Below the pieces are notes generated by a model. That model searched no databases, had not been told where the DNA came from, and saw only the letters and a list, made by a program, of their open reading frames with translations. DNA of 64,000 nt from a virus, in the IMG/VR virus record IMGVR_UViG_3300050014_000619; one strand, 5' to 3'. Shown here one piece after another: positions 21,178 through 31,047 of the stretch. Position numbers and translations under genes: made by a program. How positions within the stretch are numbered: the stretch's first letter is position 1; the number at the start of each line of letters is the position of its first letter.

Positions 21178-22089
21178 TTAAATTAAACCATGACCTCCTA
21201 AACTTATTGAACTTTTTATTTCTTTATCTTCACCATTAAATTTTATGCCAGTTAAATCATTCGCCTCAACATATCGATTTTCTACCATTAATGTAGTTGG
21301 ATTTACCGTTGTTATTCTTTTTTTCTTTGGTTGCTTAAGATATTCCAGATATTTTTCTTCTATGATATCAATAAGAGGATTTCTGACATTCTTATCCTGT
21401 GTTGACATCTCTATAACACCAATACCCGCAACGTCCCTAAACATATTAAGAATTATTTGTAGTGAACTATCGGTCTTATCTTTCATGTCAACCTGATTAA
21501 CATCACCTAAGAGTATTAATTTACAATTACTACCAATACGTGTAAGTAAGGTCAATGAATTATCCAAATTAACATTCTGCATTTCATCAGCAATAATAAT
21601 ACAGTCATCCAGTGTTACTCCACGCATATATGTAAGAGGAAATGGTCTTACTATATCGTTGTCAACCAGTTGTTTTAGTGCTGATTCAAGAACTAATTTT
21701 TCCATACTTATATAAAAACTCCACATAAATGGGTCGATCTTTTCTTTTAAATCACCTTTTAAAAATCCCAATTCTTCACCCTTTAATGTCGTAACAGACT
21801 TTACAAGGTATAATTTTTTAAATCGATTACTTGGTTTACGCAATAAACTAAGTGCCATTGCTATTGCAGCATAAGTTTTACCTGTACCTGCACGACCAGC
21901 ACAAATAGTAATCTCATTATTTTTTATTGAATTGATTAATTTTATCTGGCTGTCGTTTTTTGCAATTATTTTTATGTCACTTGTTATTAATTTTCCTATC
22001 TCTTCTTTGGTTCTATTGATTGCCAGTGAGTTATTCACTGAGGTCAATTCTTTAAAATCCTTCTCTTCTTTGTCTCGATCTTTTCGCAT
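21178..22089 (-). CDS. phoH: PhoH family ATPase
   Basis: GRAGTGKT, ELGFLKGDL.EK, YMRGVTLD, ADEMQN, TRIG, GDVNQVD. Confidence 0.95.
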   Translation of the reverse strand: MRKDRDKEEKDFKELTSVNNSLAINRTKEEIGKLITSDIKIIAKNDSQIKLINSIKNNEITICAGRAGTGKTYAAIAMALSLLRKPSNRFKKLYLVKSVTTLKGEELGFLKGDLKEKIDPFMWSFYISMEKLVLESALKQLVDNDIVRPFPLTYMRGVTLDDCIIIADEMQNVNLDNSLTLLTRIGSNCKLILLGDVNQVDMKDKTDSSLQIILNMFRDVAGIGVIEMSTQDKNVRNPLIDIIEEKYLEYLKQPKKKRITTVNPTTLMVENRYVEANDLTGIKFNGEDKEIKSSISLGGHGLI

Positions 22090-22267
22090 ATTTCTACTTA
22101 ATGTTTTACTTTAAATGACATTCTTTAATTTTTTGTTTTATTTGTACTTATAATTTATGTTCTTATATATGCTTATACGCAAAAAAAAATATTATCTTGA
22201 ATTTCTGCAAAAATTTTTTTCTTAGTATTTATTTATAAAATAATAATAAAATATAAATTTTTATAAA

Positions 22268-23191
22268 ATGGCAGAAGACACAAATGTTCCTCAAAGGGAA
22301 AGTATACGAGACATAGTAGGTAAGTATAAAGAATCACAGGCACACGCAGATGAATTTGCAAAATTAACTGGCGCAATTCCTTCACCTAATAAGCCAGCAC
22401 CAGTATTTAACGCTGCTGCTGAACTTGATAATCCAATGAATAGGGAAACAGACCCTGATCTTATGACTTCATATGAAATCGTTCAATTACCGTCAAGGGG
22501 TATGTTTTATCCAAGTCGTCTTGATAGGGTTGATGTTGAATATATGACCAGTAAAGATGAAGATTTATTAACCACACCTTCATTAATTGAAAGCGGAAAC
22601 GTAATAAATATTCTCTTAAAAAGAAAAATTAAGACCAGAGGTGTTGTTGTTGAAGACCTTCTTGAAGGTGACAGAAACGCAATTATCTTATACTTACGTA
22701 CTTCAAGTTATGGTTCAGATTATACCGTACAAGTTGCTGACCCAAGATCAGGTATACCTTTTAAAACTACAATTGATTTACTTCAGTTAAAATATAAAGA
22801 GCCTGTTGAAATGCCAGACGAAAATGGTCATTTTATTGTTGCTTTGCCAATGCGTAAGAAAAAAGTTGTATTCAGATTACTTACCTCTGGTGAAGATAAT
22901 CTTTTATTTAAGAAAGCCGAAGCACTTAAAGATGCATTTAATCTTGAATTTAGTGAATATAGTACAATGAAAATTAAATCACATATTATCTCAATTGATG
23001 GTAATACTGATAGGTCGTACATTGACAGATTTGTTGATGCAATGCCAGCACTGGATTCATATACAATTCGTAGAAAAATTCAAACAGTTAGTCCTGATGT
23101 TGATATGTCTTATGAATTTATAACTAAAGACGGATATAAATTTTTTGCTACTTTAAGCGTGGGCACAGATTTTTTTTTCCCAAACACTTAG
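22268..23191 (+). CDS. tail assembly chaperone / baseplate hub assembly protein (gp26-like, G form)
   Basis: LPSRG.FY, YMTSKDEDLL, GDRNAI..YLR..SYG; directly upstream of tape measure gene. Confidence 0.75.
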   Translation: MAEDTNVPQRESIRDIVGKYKESQAHADEFAKLTGAIPSPNKPAPVFNAAAELDNPMNRETDPDLMTSYEIVQLPSRGMFYPSRLDRVDVEYMTSKDEDLLTTPSLIESGNVINILLKRKIKTRGVVVEDLLEGDRNAIILYLRTSSYGSDYTVQVADPRSGIPFKTTIDLLQLKYKEPVEMPDENGHFIVALPMRKKKVVFRLLTSGEDNLLFKKAEALKDAFNLEFSEYSTMKIKSHIISIDGNTDRSYIDRFVDAMPALDSYTIRRKIQTVSPDVDMSYEFITKDGYKFFATLSVGTDFFFPNT

Positions 23192-23388
23192 CAGGTGAGT
23201 ATAAGAAGATGGTCAATGAAGAGATATATGTCTTGACCAAACATGCTAAGTTTCAAGCAGAATATATCGAAAACCTACCAATATATCGTAGACGACATTT
23301 TCTGCATTTACTTCAAAAGGAAAACGAAGAAATCGAAAAAGCACAAGAAAATGCAAAAATTAAAGGTAATACAAGACCAAGGCGATAA
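23170..23388 (+). CDS. -1 frame extension (T domain) of tail chaperone, absent from the ORF track
   Basis: Slippery T TTT TTC at 23173-23179; open -1 frame FFFPKHLAGEYKKMVNEEIYVLTKHAKFQAEYIENLPIYRRRHFLHLLQKENEEIEKAQ...RPRR*. Confidence 0.75.
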   Translation, partial: FFFPKHLAGEYKKMVNEEIYVLTKHAKFQAEYIENLPIYRRRHFLHLLQKENEEIEKAQENAKIKGNTRPRR

Positions 23389-23402
23389 AAACCTTGGTCT
23401 TT
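23373..23402 (+). terminator. intrinsic terminator after the -1 frame ORF
   Basis: aagaccaagg-cgataaaa-ccttggtctt-tt. Confidence 0.75.
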
Positions 23403-23431
23403 TGTATTTATGTATATAAATAAAAATTTAA

Positions 23432-25954
23432 ATGGCAGCAGACCCTAAAAAAAGTGTTAAAGATTTATTAGCCGATTATCAATTAACCGAAAAGACTCTT
23501 AATAAATTAACCTCTCTTGATTCTGAGCGTGCAAAGAATCAACAGATCATGGCAGAGAGGCAAAGAACTATTAATGAGCTTCTTTCAAGGGCAAATGAAT
23601 TACAGGATGAGGATATAAAAAAATTAGATCAGCTTGTTGTAAAACAAAATGAAGCAGTTGCTGCTGAAAAGAAAATTAATGATCAGTTAGATAAGCAGAG
23701 AAAAAACAGACAAGAAGTTGTCAGTTTAGCCAAAGCACTTGCTGATTCAATTAAAGAGGGTTGGAAATATTTACAAGAATCTGATAAAGTAATTCGTAGT
23801 ACCATTTTAAATCTTGGTATGTCTGGTGCAAAAGCGGAAGCTATGCGTAGGTCTTTTGAAGGCAGTGCAAAAATTGTAACAAGACTTGGTGGTAGTATTG
23901 CAGATATTCAAACAATTCAACAAGGTTTTGCTGATGAAACAGGTCGTGCACGTGCATTAACCGCAGGTATGGTTGAAGATATTACAATGATCGGTAAAGG
24001 TACTGGTCTGGGTATTGAACAAGCAACTAAACTCGGTGCACAATTTGAATTTATGGGTTTGGATGCTAAAAGAAGCATGGACTATGTACAGGGCATTGTT
24101 GATACCAGTGAAAGAATGGGTGTTAATACTACAAAAGTATTAAAAAATGTTGGTGATAATTTTAAAGAATTAAATACATATAGTTTTACATCAGGTGTTA
24201 AAGGCATGGCTAAAATGGCTGAAGATGCTGAGAAATTTCAGGTTAGTATGGATACTGCTCTTAGTGCAGCCGATGCAGCTAAAGGACTTGAAAAAGCTAT
24301 TGATCTTGCTGCAAATTTGCAGGTTATGGGTGGCGAATTTGCAAAGACTGACCCATTTGAATGGATGTATTTAGCTCGTAATGAACCAGAAAAACTTACA
24401 CAGAAAATTTCTGAAATGACCAGAGGTCTGGTTACATTTAAAAAAAACAGTGAAGGCGTATTTGAAAAGTTTATAAGTCCTGCTGATCGTGATAGACTTT
24501 CTGCTGTTGCAAAATCTCTGGGTATATCAAATGAAGAAATGATAAAAATTACCCAAAGACGTGCCGACTTGGATAAAATGAATAAAGAGTTGGGTGGTAC
24601 TGGTTTAACTGCAAGAGAAAAAGAATTGGTTGAAGGTGCTGCTGTTTTTAATAGTAAATCTGGAAAATTTCAGGTTGAACTTGCTGGAAGTATGAAAGAT
24701 ATTAGTAGTTTAACTGCAGAACAGGCAAAATCATTTGTAAAAGAACAGGCAAGTCTTAAAAGTCGTGCTGAACAAGCATTGACCTTTGATCAAACATTTA
24801 AAGCAACAATAGAAACACTTAAAGCATCATTATTGCCTTTATTAAAGGGTGTAAATATGGCACTTAAACCACTTGCAGCACTTGCAGACCTTGCAAGTAA
24901 AGGTGGTTGGGGTGTAGCTGGTGCAGCAGGAATTTTAATAACTGCTGGTTTACTTTGGAAGGGTGTTACAAATAAATTAAGTAATGTTGTATCAGAATGG
25001 GTTCAAAAAAGTGGTGGAAAAGGTATATCAGGTTTTATAGGAAGAACAGGTGCAGGTACTGCTGCAGGTCAAGCAGAATCAACTATTGCTGAAAAAGGTA
25101 CAAAAGGTCTTAGTGGTTTAGCTGAACAACGTAGAGGTATTGGTCAAGGTGCTGCAATGGCAGGTAAAGGTTCTATGATGATGAAAGGTGGTGCTGGTAT
25201 TGGTGCTGCTGCTCTGGGTATCGGTGCAGGTATTGGATTGGCTGCAATTGGTATTAGTAAACTTGCTGACTCAATGAGTAAATTAGATAAAACACAAATA
25301 TGGGCATTACCTGTAACTGTATTGGCTTTAGCTGGTGCATTTGCTGTATTTGCTCCTGCAATTATTGCTGTTGGTACTGCTGGTACTGTTAGTGCTGTTG
25401 GCTTATTAGCTTTAGGCGGTGCTGTTCTGGGTATAGGTGCAGGTATTGGACTTGCTGCTGCTGGTATTGGTTACATGGCTAAAGGTATTGGTGAAATGGC
25501 TACATCAGCTAAAGGTGCAGGTGCTGACATGTTACAATTAGGTGAAGGTATTGCAGTTATGGCTGCTGGTATGGCTTTATTTTCTGCTGGTGGTCTGGGC
25601 TTAGTAGTATTTGCAACAACACTCAATAGAATTGCAAAACATGCTGATGATCTTGGTAAGGTTGGTGATGCATTCAGAGAAATTAATGCAGTTATGCGTG
25701 GAAGTAAGGATGATTTCAAAGCAGTTGAAGATGCAGTCAATGCTATTTCAACAATGAATACTAAAGGTGGTTCAACTTTTGCTCAATTAGCTAATTTGCT
25801 CAGTAAACCTCTTAAGGTTGAATTCGATAATAAAGGCGCAGTACAGCTTAGAGCAGATATTACATTAGATATTGATAGTAATACATTTATGCGTAAAGTA
25901 TTTAAAGAAAAAGTTGCTGTAGTAATGACTGAGGATGCACGTATTAATAAATAA
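23432..25954 (+). CDS. tape measure protein
   Basis: 840 aa helical A/G-rich protein with hydrophobic GAG repeats; follows chaperone. Confidence 0.85.
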   Translation: MAADPKKSVKDLLADYQLTEKTLNKLTSLDSERAKNQQIMAERQRTINELLSRANELQDEDIKKLDQLVVKQNEAVAAEKKINDQLDKQRKNRQEVVSLAKALADSIKEGWKYLQESDKVIRSTILNLGMSGAKAEAMRRSFEGSAKIVTRLGGSIADIQTIQQGFADETGRARALTAGMVEDITMIGKGTGLGIEQATKLGAQFEFMGLDAKRSMDYVQGIVDTSERMGVNTTKVLKNVGDNFKELNTYSFTSGVKGMAKMAEDAEKFQVSMDTALSAADAAKGLEKAIDLAANLQVMGGEFAKTDPFEWMYLARNEPEKLTQKISEMTRGLVTFKKNSEGVFEKFISPADRDRLSAVAKSLGISNEEMIKITQRRADLDKMNKELGGTGLTAREKELVEGAAVFNSKSGKFQVELAGSMKDISSLTAEQAKSFVKEQASLKSRAEQALTFDQTFKATIETLKASLLPLLKGVNMALKPLAALADLASKGGWGVAGAAGILITAGLLWKGVTNKLSNVVSEWVQKSGGKGISGFIGRTGAGTAAGQAESTIAEKGTKGLSGLAEQRRGIGQGAAMAGKGSMMMKGGAGIGAAALGIGAGIGLAAIGISKLADSMSKLDKTQIWALPVTVLALAGAFAVFAPAIIAVGTAGTVSAVGLLALGGAVLGIGAGIGLAAAGIGYMAKGIGEMATSAKGAGADMLQLGEGIAVMAAGMALFSAGGLGLVVFATTLNRIAKHADDLGKVGDAFREINAVMRGSKDDFKAVEDAVNAISTMNTKGGSTFAQLANLLSKPLKVEFDNKGAVQLRADITLDIDSNTFMRKVFKEKVAVVMTEDARINK

Positions 25955-25956
25955 TT

Positions 25957-26628
25957 TCAATATCTATTTCCTTTAGATATATTGTCTTTTGCCCATATTG
26001 GTCGTAAATTGCAAAGCATATTAATAATTCTTGGACTTGTATTATTGTTAAATCGAGATATTGGTTTTTTATGATCAATATGCCATTCTCTACGATTATT
26101 CCACGACATACCTTCTTGAAATTGACATTCAATTCTATTAATTAATTGTCTTGGGGTATATCCAAATTCAGTAATTGTATTTAATTTTGTTTTTAAAAAT
26201 CCTTGTTGTTCTGTTCTATATAAAAAATTTCTCATCCATTTAATAGCAGATAATTCAAGATTTTTATGATTGCGATTTCTTGCATAGGCTCTACATTTAT
26301 CTTTATTATTATTTCGCCATATTTTATTATTCTCATTACACTTAATTCTATGTTCTTTATAATAAATTGTTCCATATTCATGATAATATTTTTTATTATC
26401 TATATAATATTTTTTAGTGGAATTATTAATTTTTTCTTTATTATTTATATAATATTTTTTATTATAATTATCAATATAATCAGGATGTTCTAATTGCCAT
26501 TTTTTAATTATTTTATTTGCACATGCTTTGCAATTACCACGTCTTCCTAAATAACCATTTTTTTGTTTATAAAATTCTTCAAGTAATTTTACTTCATTAC
26601 ATATACTACACTTCTTACTCTTTATCAT
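25957..26628 (-). mobile_element. HNH-type homing endonuclease-like protein
   Basis: KKCSIC..K...EF...CKAC N-terminus; WHIDHKKP...NLRPIWAKDNISKGN. Confidence 0.75.
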
Positions 26629-26799
26629 AATTTAAATTTATTATAAATACTTACCAAAAAATTTATTTAATAAACAATTTATAATTTTTAAATTAAATTC
26701 ATAGGATATATTAAAATTTTCTTGTAACTTTGTCAAGTTTTTATTAAACTTTAAAAGGTCTATTTTAACAAATAGGAAAAAGTATTTAATAATAAAAAT

Positions 26800-26860
26800 T
26801 TCACTTCTTCGAATTGAAAACAAAGATTACAACGTTTGTAATTCACTTCTTCGAATTGAA
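26800..26860. repeat. 19-bp direct repeat pair
   Basis: ttcacttcttcgaattgaa at 26800-26818 and 26842-26860. Confidence 0.8.
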
Positions 26861-27124
26861 CCAAAACTTGTATCACGGGGGTATTATATTCAAATTTCTG
26901 CGAAATTTTATTCATAAGTCAAATATACTATTTAATAGTCTGATTTCAAAGGACTTTTCAAAATATTTATTCAATAAATTCACTTAATTTCTCAATCTGA
27001 TTGAAACCCAAATATATTTTGATAAAAAGATTATATAATAATTTCTGAAAAAAGTGTAGTTTTTGGCAAGGTAAAAGTACAGTATAGAAAATTATTATGC
27101 AAGTATTTATTAAAAAAAGTATTA

Positions 27125-30100
27125 ATGGGAGCTAATAGTAGTATAAACCAACCACCATCAGTTATTGCTGCATCATCAAATAATCTTGATACAGGTATTA
27201 ATGATCCTTCAAGATTATTAGCGAGTTCTGCTAATATTAGAAATTCATTATATACTCGAAATCTTTATACTCCAAATAAAGAGTATCCTCTTGATTTATC
27301 TGCAACAGCAAAGGTTGTGGGCGCAATTAGTGGAATACTTTCACTTGTAGCACCATTTCAAACAATTAATTTAAAAGATAGCTTAATTGGTAGAGCAATT
27401 GCTGACCCTACACCATTAACAGAAATTGGTCTGGTAATGTTAGGCAAACAATTTGCCTTGACCTCAATGGCACATACTGAACAACAGACATTTCCACAAA
27501 TAAATCTGAACATAGCAAGTATAGTGAAGGGTGGTAAGCTGTTTACTCCAAATGTTAATTATAAAATCACTAAAGATCAGTCACAAAGTGGTTTTCAGAA
27601 TTTTCTTGAAACTATTACTTTTCAGAATGTTCAGGATAAAAATCCATTTAGTTTGCACTCACAAAACTCAGATTTTCTGGCAAATACTGGTGCTGGACAG
27701 CTTGGTTTTTATTATGATCAAATAAATTACAACCTCTATAAATCAAATGAAAACAGCGTTTATCAGAATGCCACACGTGTTGATAAGAAAATCTTTGACA
27801 GACCAAACATAACATCCAATCGTGTATATTTTGATGGTAATGAAAAATCTTTAATTAATTTTGAACCTTACGTAGAAATAAAATCAGATGATGCTGCTGT
27901 TCGTGATGCAAACGTAGCAATGCGTAATGCATATGACCTAACTTCTACTCAGAATGCCAAACAAGAGTATGCACCAAATAAAGATTTTGTTGATAAAAAT
28001 CTCGGTAGAACTGAAAATCCACAAAAAATAAAAATAAGTCAGACCGCAAATGATTGGGTTGATCCAAATGATGAATTTGGTAATCCAAGTATTGATAATA
28101 CTCTTATTTGGGGTAAGGATGGAATTTCACCAAAGGCAAATAATAATATCAACCAATTACGTGGTACGTCAAATAATGCTGATCAAACGGTTGTTTCGAC
28201 AATTAATTTACCTAACGGCAATTTTGACGCACGTGTGGGCTTGCTTGAATATACACGAAATTTATTAAATACAAAAAATGGTGCAATAGTTGATCAAACA
28301 AAAAAAGTATTTACACAAGGTAATGAAAAATATGTAAATGGTTTCAATGGTTCGGGATTATGGGTTGCAAACAACAGTAAATACATTGGTGAAAATGCTG
28401 GTATAACAGGTTTACGTCAGCATAATGTTTTGGATAAATATGATAAATTTGCAAAAGCAATAAGGTTTAATGGCAATAAATTATATAGTGGAAACGAAAA
28501 TTCCGTAGTTTATAATTCAGTATTACCACGTATTCATCCTGTTTTTAATGGTGAAACTGGTAAGATTGATAATAAAAACATGATGTTCAGTATTGAAAAT
28601 CTTGCTGTTAATGTAATTGCTAATGACAAATACGGAATAATTGATGACGAATTTGGTTCACCAATACCATTGTGTGAGGTGGGTCCGTTTAACGGTAGAA
28701 TTATGTGGTTTCCACCATATAATCTCGAATTTAATGAAACAACTGTAGCAAAATATGAGTCAACAGTAATGATTGGCAGAAGTGAACCTATGTATAACTA
28801 TCAAAATTCCGAAAGGTCTGCACAGTTTAACTTCACATTGCTTGTAGATTATCCACCACATGTTAGAAATTATAAAAATGACAGAGAAATGGCAGAGTTT
28901 TTTGCCTTTGGTGGTGATGATTATATTGATCAATTTATTTCAGATGATGGCTTTCAAATAAGAATAAATATTCTCGAAGGTAAAATAGCTGCTCTGGCAG
29001 GACCGCCCAATCTGACTTATACTCCTGAGACTCTTAACCCAAGATTTGTAAGAATGGTATTTCCAAATGATGAGCCAAATGATTCTCAAATAACTTATTA
29101 TATTGATAGATTATATGCGCATTGTCAATATGAAATAAAAGAAGGTTGTCCTTCAGGTTCTGATAACACAAGCTGGGGTTTAAATGGTGATATTTTCTTT
29201 GTATCTGGACTTACTTCTGGCAGTACTTTTGGTACTTATAGCGCACTTGAATTACCTTCAGTACAATTTTCACAATATTCAGTAGATTTACCCGCAGATC
29301 AGTTTGGAAATATTCCATTGATTGATAAAATACTTCAATATGTATATAATGATGAAACCAATATTAATTTATATGATATTGTGGTTTATGGCGGTGCATC
29401 AAAATTATATCAACATCCAGAACTTGAAGCAACATATAATCTTGCACTCGGACAAAGACGTGCAGATGCATTGAAAGATTATATCGATGCAAGACTTACT
29501 GTACTTTATGGTAATGATGCTGAAGGTCTTGGCATTACAATAAATGCAATTAGTAAAGGAAGCACAGAAGCTGACCCAGCTAATGCAACACCCGAAGCAA
29601 TTCCTTTACAGGCAACCAAAGAAGAACGTTATGCTGAAATGCGAATTGTAAAAAACGGTAATCCAATTAAAGCACAACAACGCACACTGACTGCTGCTGA
29701 AAGACAACAAATCCTTGATTGGCAATCTGAAATCGAAGCAATTAAAGTAAAAATGCGTGCTGCAAAGAGTAATGTAGCTTGTGTTATGAATGAAAGAGGT
29801 TCAACTGGTGCAAACGGCACAAAAGATTCTGGAATTCTTGGTGGTTATAAATCAATCACTGGTAATTATTTCTATCCAGTATTTCATAGTCAGACTCCAG
29901 AAGATTTTCATAAGAGATTAACTTTTTTACATCAATGTACAAGACAAGGTGCTGCAAAACGTTGGAACAATCCAAACGATAATGATAGTAACAGTAGTAA
30001 TTTACGTGCAAGAAACTCAGTTTTTGGTCGTCAGCCAATTTGTATATTGAGACTTGGTGACTTTTTCTATACAAAGGTTATTATTGAAAGTGTAACTGTT

Positions 30101-30400
30101 GATTATACTGATACAACATGGGACATGAATCCCGAAGGTTTTGGTATGCAACCAATGTTGGCAAAAGTATCATTACAGATGAAACTCATAGGTGGTCAGT
30201 CATTGAAAGGACCTATCGATGCTCTGCAGAATGCCGTTAGTTTTAACTACTATGCAAATAGTACTTATACTAATACTGGATTATATAAATTACCTTCAGA
30301 TCAAGCAGTTAATCAGGAAACATATAATAAGGGAATTACTGCTGAAGCTCTGAATAAAAAAGGACAACCTACCACAACCTCAACAAATGGTAGTAAATAA
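27125..30400 (+). CDS. large baseplate/hub protein with internal OmpA-like domain
   Basis: Tube-like segments (WFPPY.L.F.E, IGRSEP.Y.Y.NSER; LRLGDF.YTK.II.S); YNLALGQRRADALK OmpA-C motif. Confidence 0.65.
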   Translation: MGANSSINQPPSVIAASSNNLDTGINDPSRLLASSANIRNSLYTRNLYTPNKEYPLDLSATAKVVGAISGILSLVAPFQTINLKDSLIGRAIADPTPLTEIGLVMLGKQFALTSMAHTEQQTFPQINLNIASIVKGGKLFTPNVNYKITKDQSQSGFQNFLETITFQNVQDKNPFSLHSQNSDFLANTGAGQLGFYYDQINYNLYKSNENSVYQNATRVDKKIFDRPNITSNRVYFDGNEKSLINFEPYVEIKSDDAAVRDANVAMRNAYDLTSTQNAKQEYAPNKDFVDKNLGRTENPQKIKISQTANDWVDPNDEFGNPSIDNTLIWGKDGISPKANNNINQLRGTSNNADQTVVSTINLPNGNFDARVGLLEYTRNLLNTKNGAIVDQTKKVFTQGNEKYVNGFNGSGLWVANNSKYIGENAGITGLRQHNVLDKYDKFAKAIRFNGNKLYSGNENSVVYNSVLPRIHPVFNGETGKIDNKNMMFSIENLAVNVIANDKYGIIDDEFGSPIPLCEVGPFNGRIMWFPPYNLEFNETTVAKYESTVMIGRSEPMYNYQNSERSAQFNFTLLVDYPPHVRNYKNDREMAEFFAFGGDDYIDQFISDDGFQIRINILEGKIAALAGPPNLTYTPETLNPRFVRMVFPNDEPNDSQITYYIDRLYAHCQYEIKEGCPSGSDNTSWGLNGDIFFVSGLTSGSTFGTYSALELPSVQFSQYSVDLPADQFGNIPLIDKILQYVYNDETNINLYDIVVYGGASKLYQHPELEATYNLALGQRRADALKDYIDARLTVLYGNDAEGLGITINAISKGSTEADPANATPEAIPLQATKEERYAEMRIVKNGNPIKAQQRTLTAAERQQILDWQSEIEAIKVKMRAAKSNVACVMNERGSTGANGTKDSGILGGYKSITGNYFYPVFHSQTPEDFHKRLTFLHQCTRQGAAKRWNNPNDNDSNSSNLRARNSVFGRQPICILRLGDFFYTKVIIESVTVDYTDTTWDMNPEGFGMQPMLAKVSLQMKLIGGQSLKGPIDALQNAVSFNYYANSTYTNTGLYKLPSDQAVNQETYNKGITAEALNKKGQPTTTSTNGSK

Positions 30401-30411
30401 AATTTAAAACT

Positions 30412-30726
30412 ATGCCATACGTAGATTATAGTCGATATTCAATATTAAAAAATGGTGATGGAACAACAGATTCCATGCCATTTGTTAAACTACCTGTAAA
30501 TTCCAGCGATAAGTATGAAAATTGGAATGCAGAATTTAGTAGAATGGATAAACTCAGTCAAAAGTACTATGGAAATCCATTTTATGATTTTCTGATTATG
30601 TATGCAAACAGTCAGTTTGTTAATGAATTTGATATACCTGATGGTACGTTAATACGTATACCATTTCCTCTTACTAAGGTTAAAGCAGACTATGAAGCAT
30701 TTTTAACTTCATTTAAAAATCAATAA
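30412..30726 (+). CDS. baseplate wedge protein (gp53/LysM-like)
   Basis: RMDKLSQKYYGNP....LIMYAN...IPDGTLIRIP. Confidence 0.7.
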   Translation: MPYVDYSRYSILKNGDGTTDSMPFVKLPVNSSDKYENWNAEFSRMDKLSQKYYGNPFYDFLIMYANSQFVNEFDIPDGTLIRIPFPLTKVKADYEAFLTSFKNQ

Positions 30727-30728
30727 TT

Positions 30729-31019
30729 ATGGCTGAAATGCTGGCTGTTATAAAACAAGATGCTTATCCAGATGAATTAGTCAGGGGTGAATGTATTGTT
30801 TATGTCAGAAAAGAAGATAAAAACGACCCCGAAAAAATAACATCATGGGGTCTGATCATTTGCTGCCCCAGATGTGGTAAGACAGCAACAGGCACACACA
30901 CGTACAATCCCAACACTAAAACATTACACCCGTCAATTGTTTGCAACTCAATAACAGACAGTGGAATTAAGTGTGATTTTCATGGTTGGTTAATAAATGG
31001 AATATTTACCAATGTTTAA
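30729..31019 (+). CDS. DUF6527-like zinc-binding protein
   Basis: CPRCG...TLHPSI.C...CDFHGWL.NG pattern. Confidence 0.55.
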   Translation: MAEMLAVIKQDAYPDELVRGECIVYVRKEDKNDPEKITSWGLIICCPRCGKTATGTHTYNPNTKTLHPSIVCNSITDSGIKCDFHGWLINGIFTNV

Positions 31020-31047
31020 ATAAAATATCTTGACAATCTAAATTAAA

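Noticed and set aside
26641-26823. 60-aa minus-strand ORF
   Set aside because: Low-complexity AT-rich intergenic sequence overlapping promoter motifs
26800-27010. CRISPR mini-array (repeat ends in ATTGAA)
   Set aside because: Only two exact 19-bp copies with a 23-bp gap; too short and no cas genes nearby
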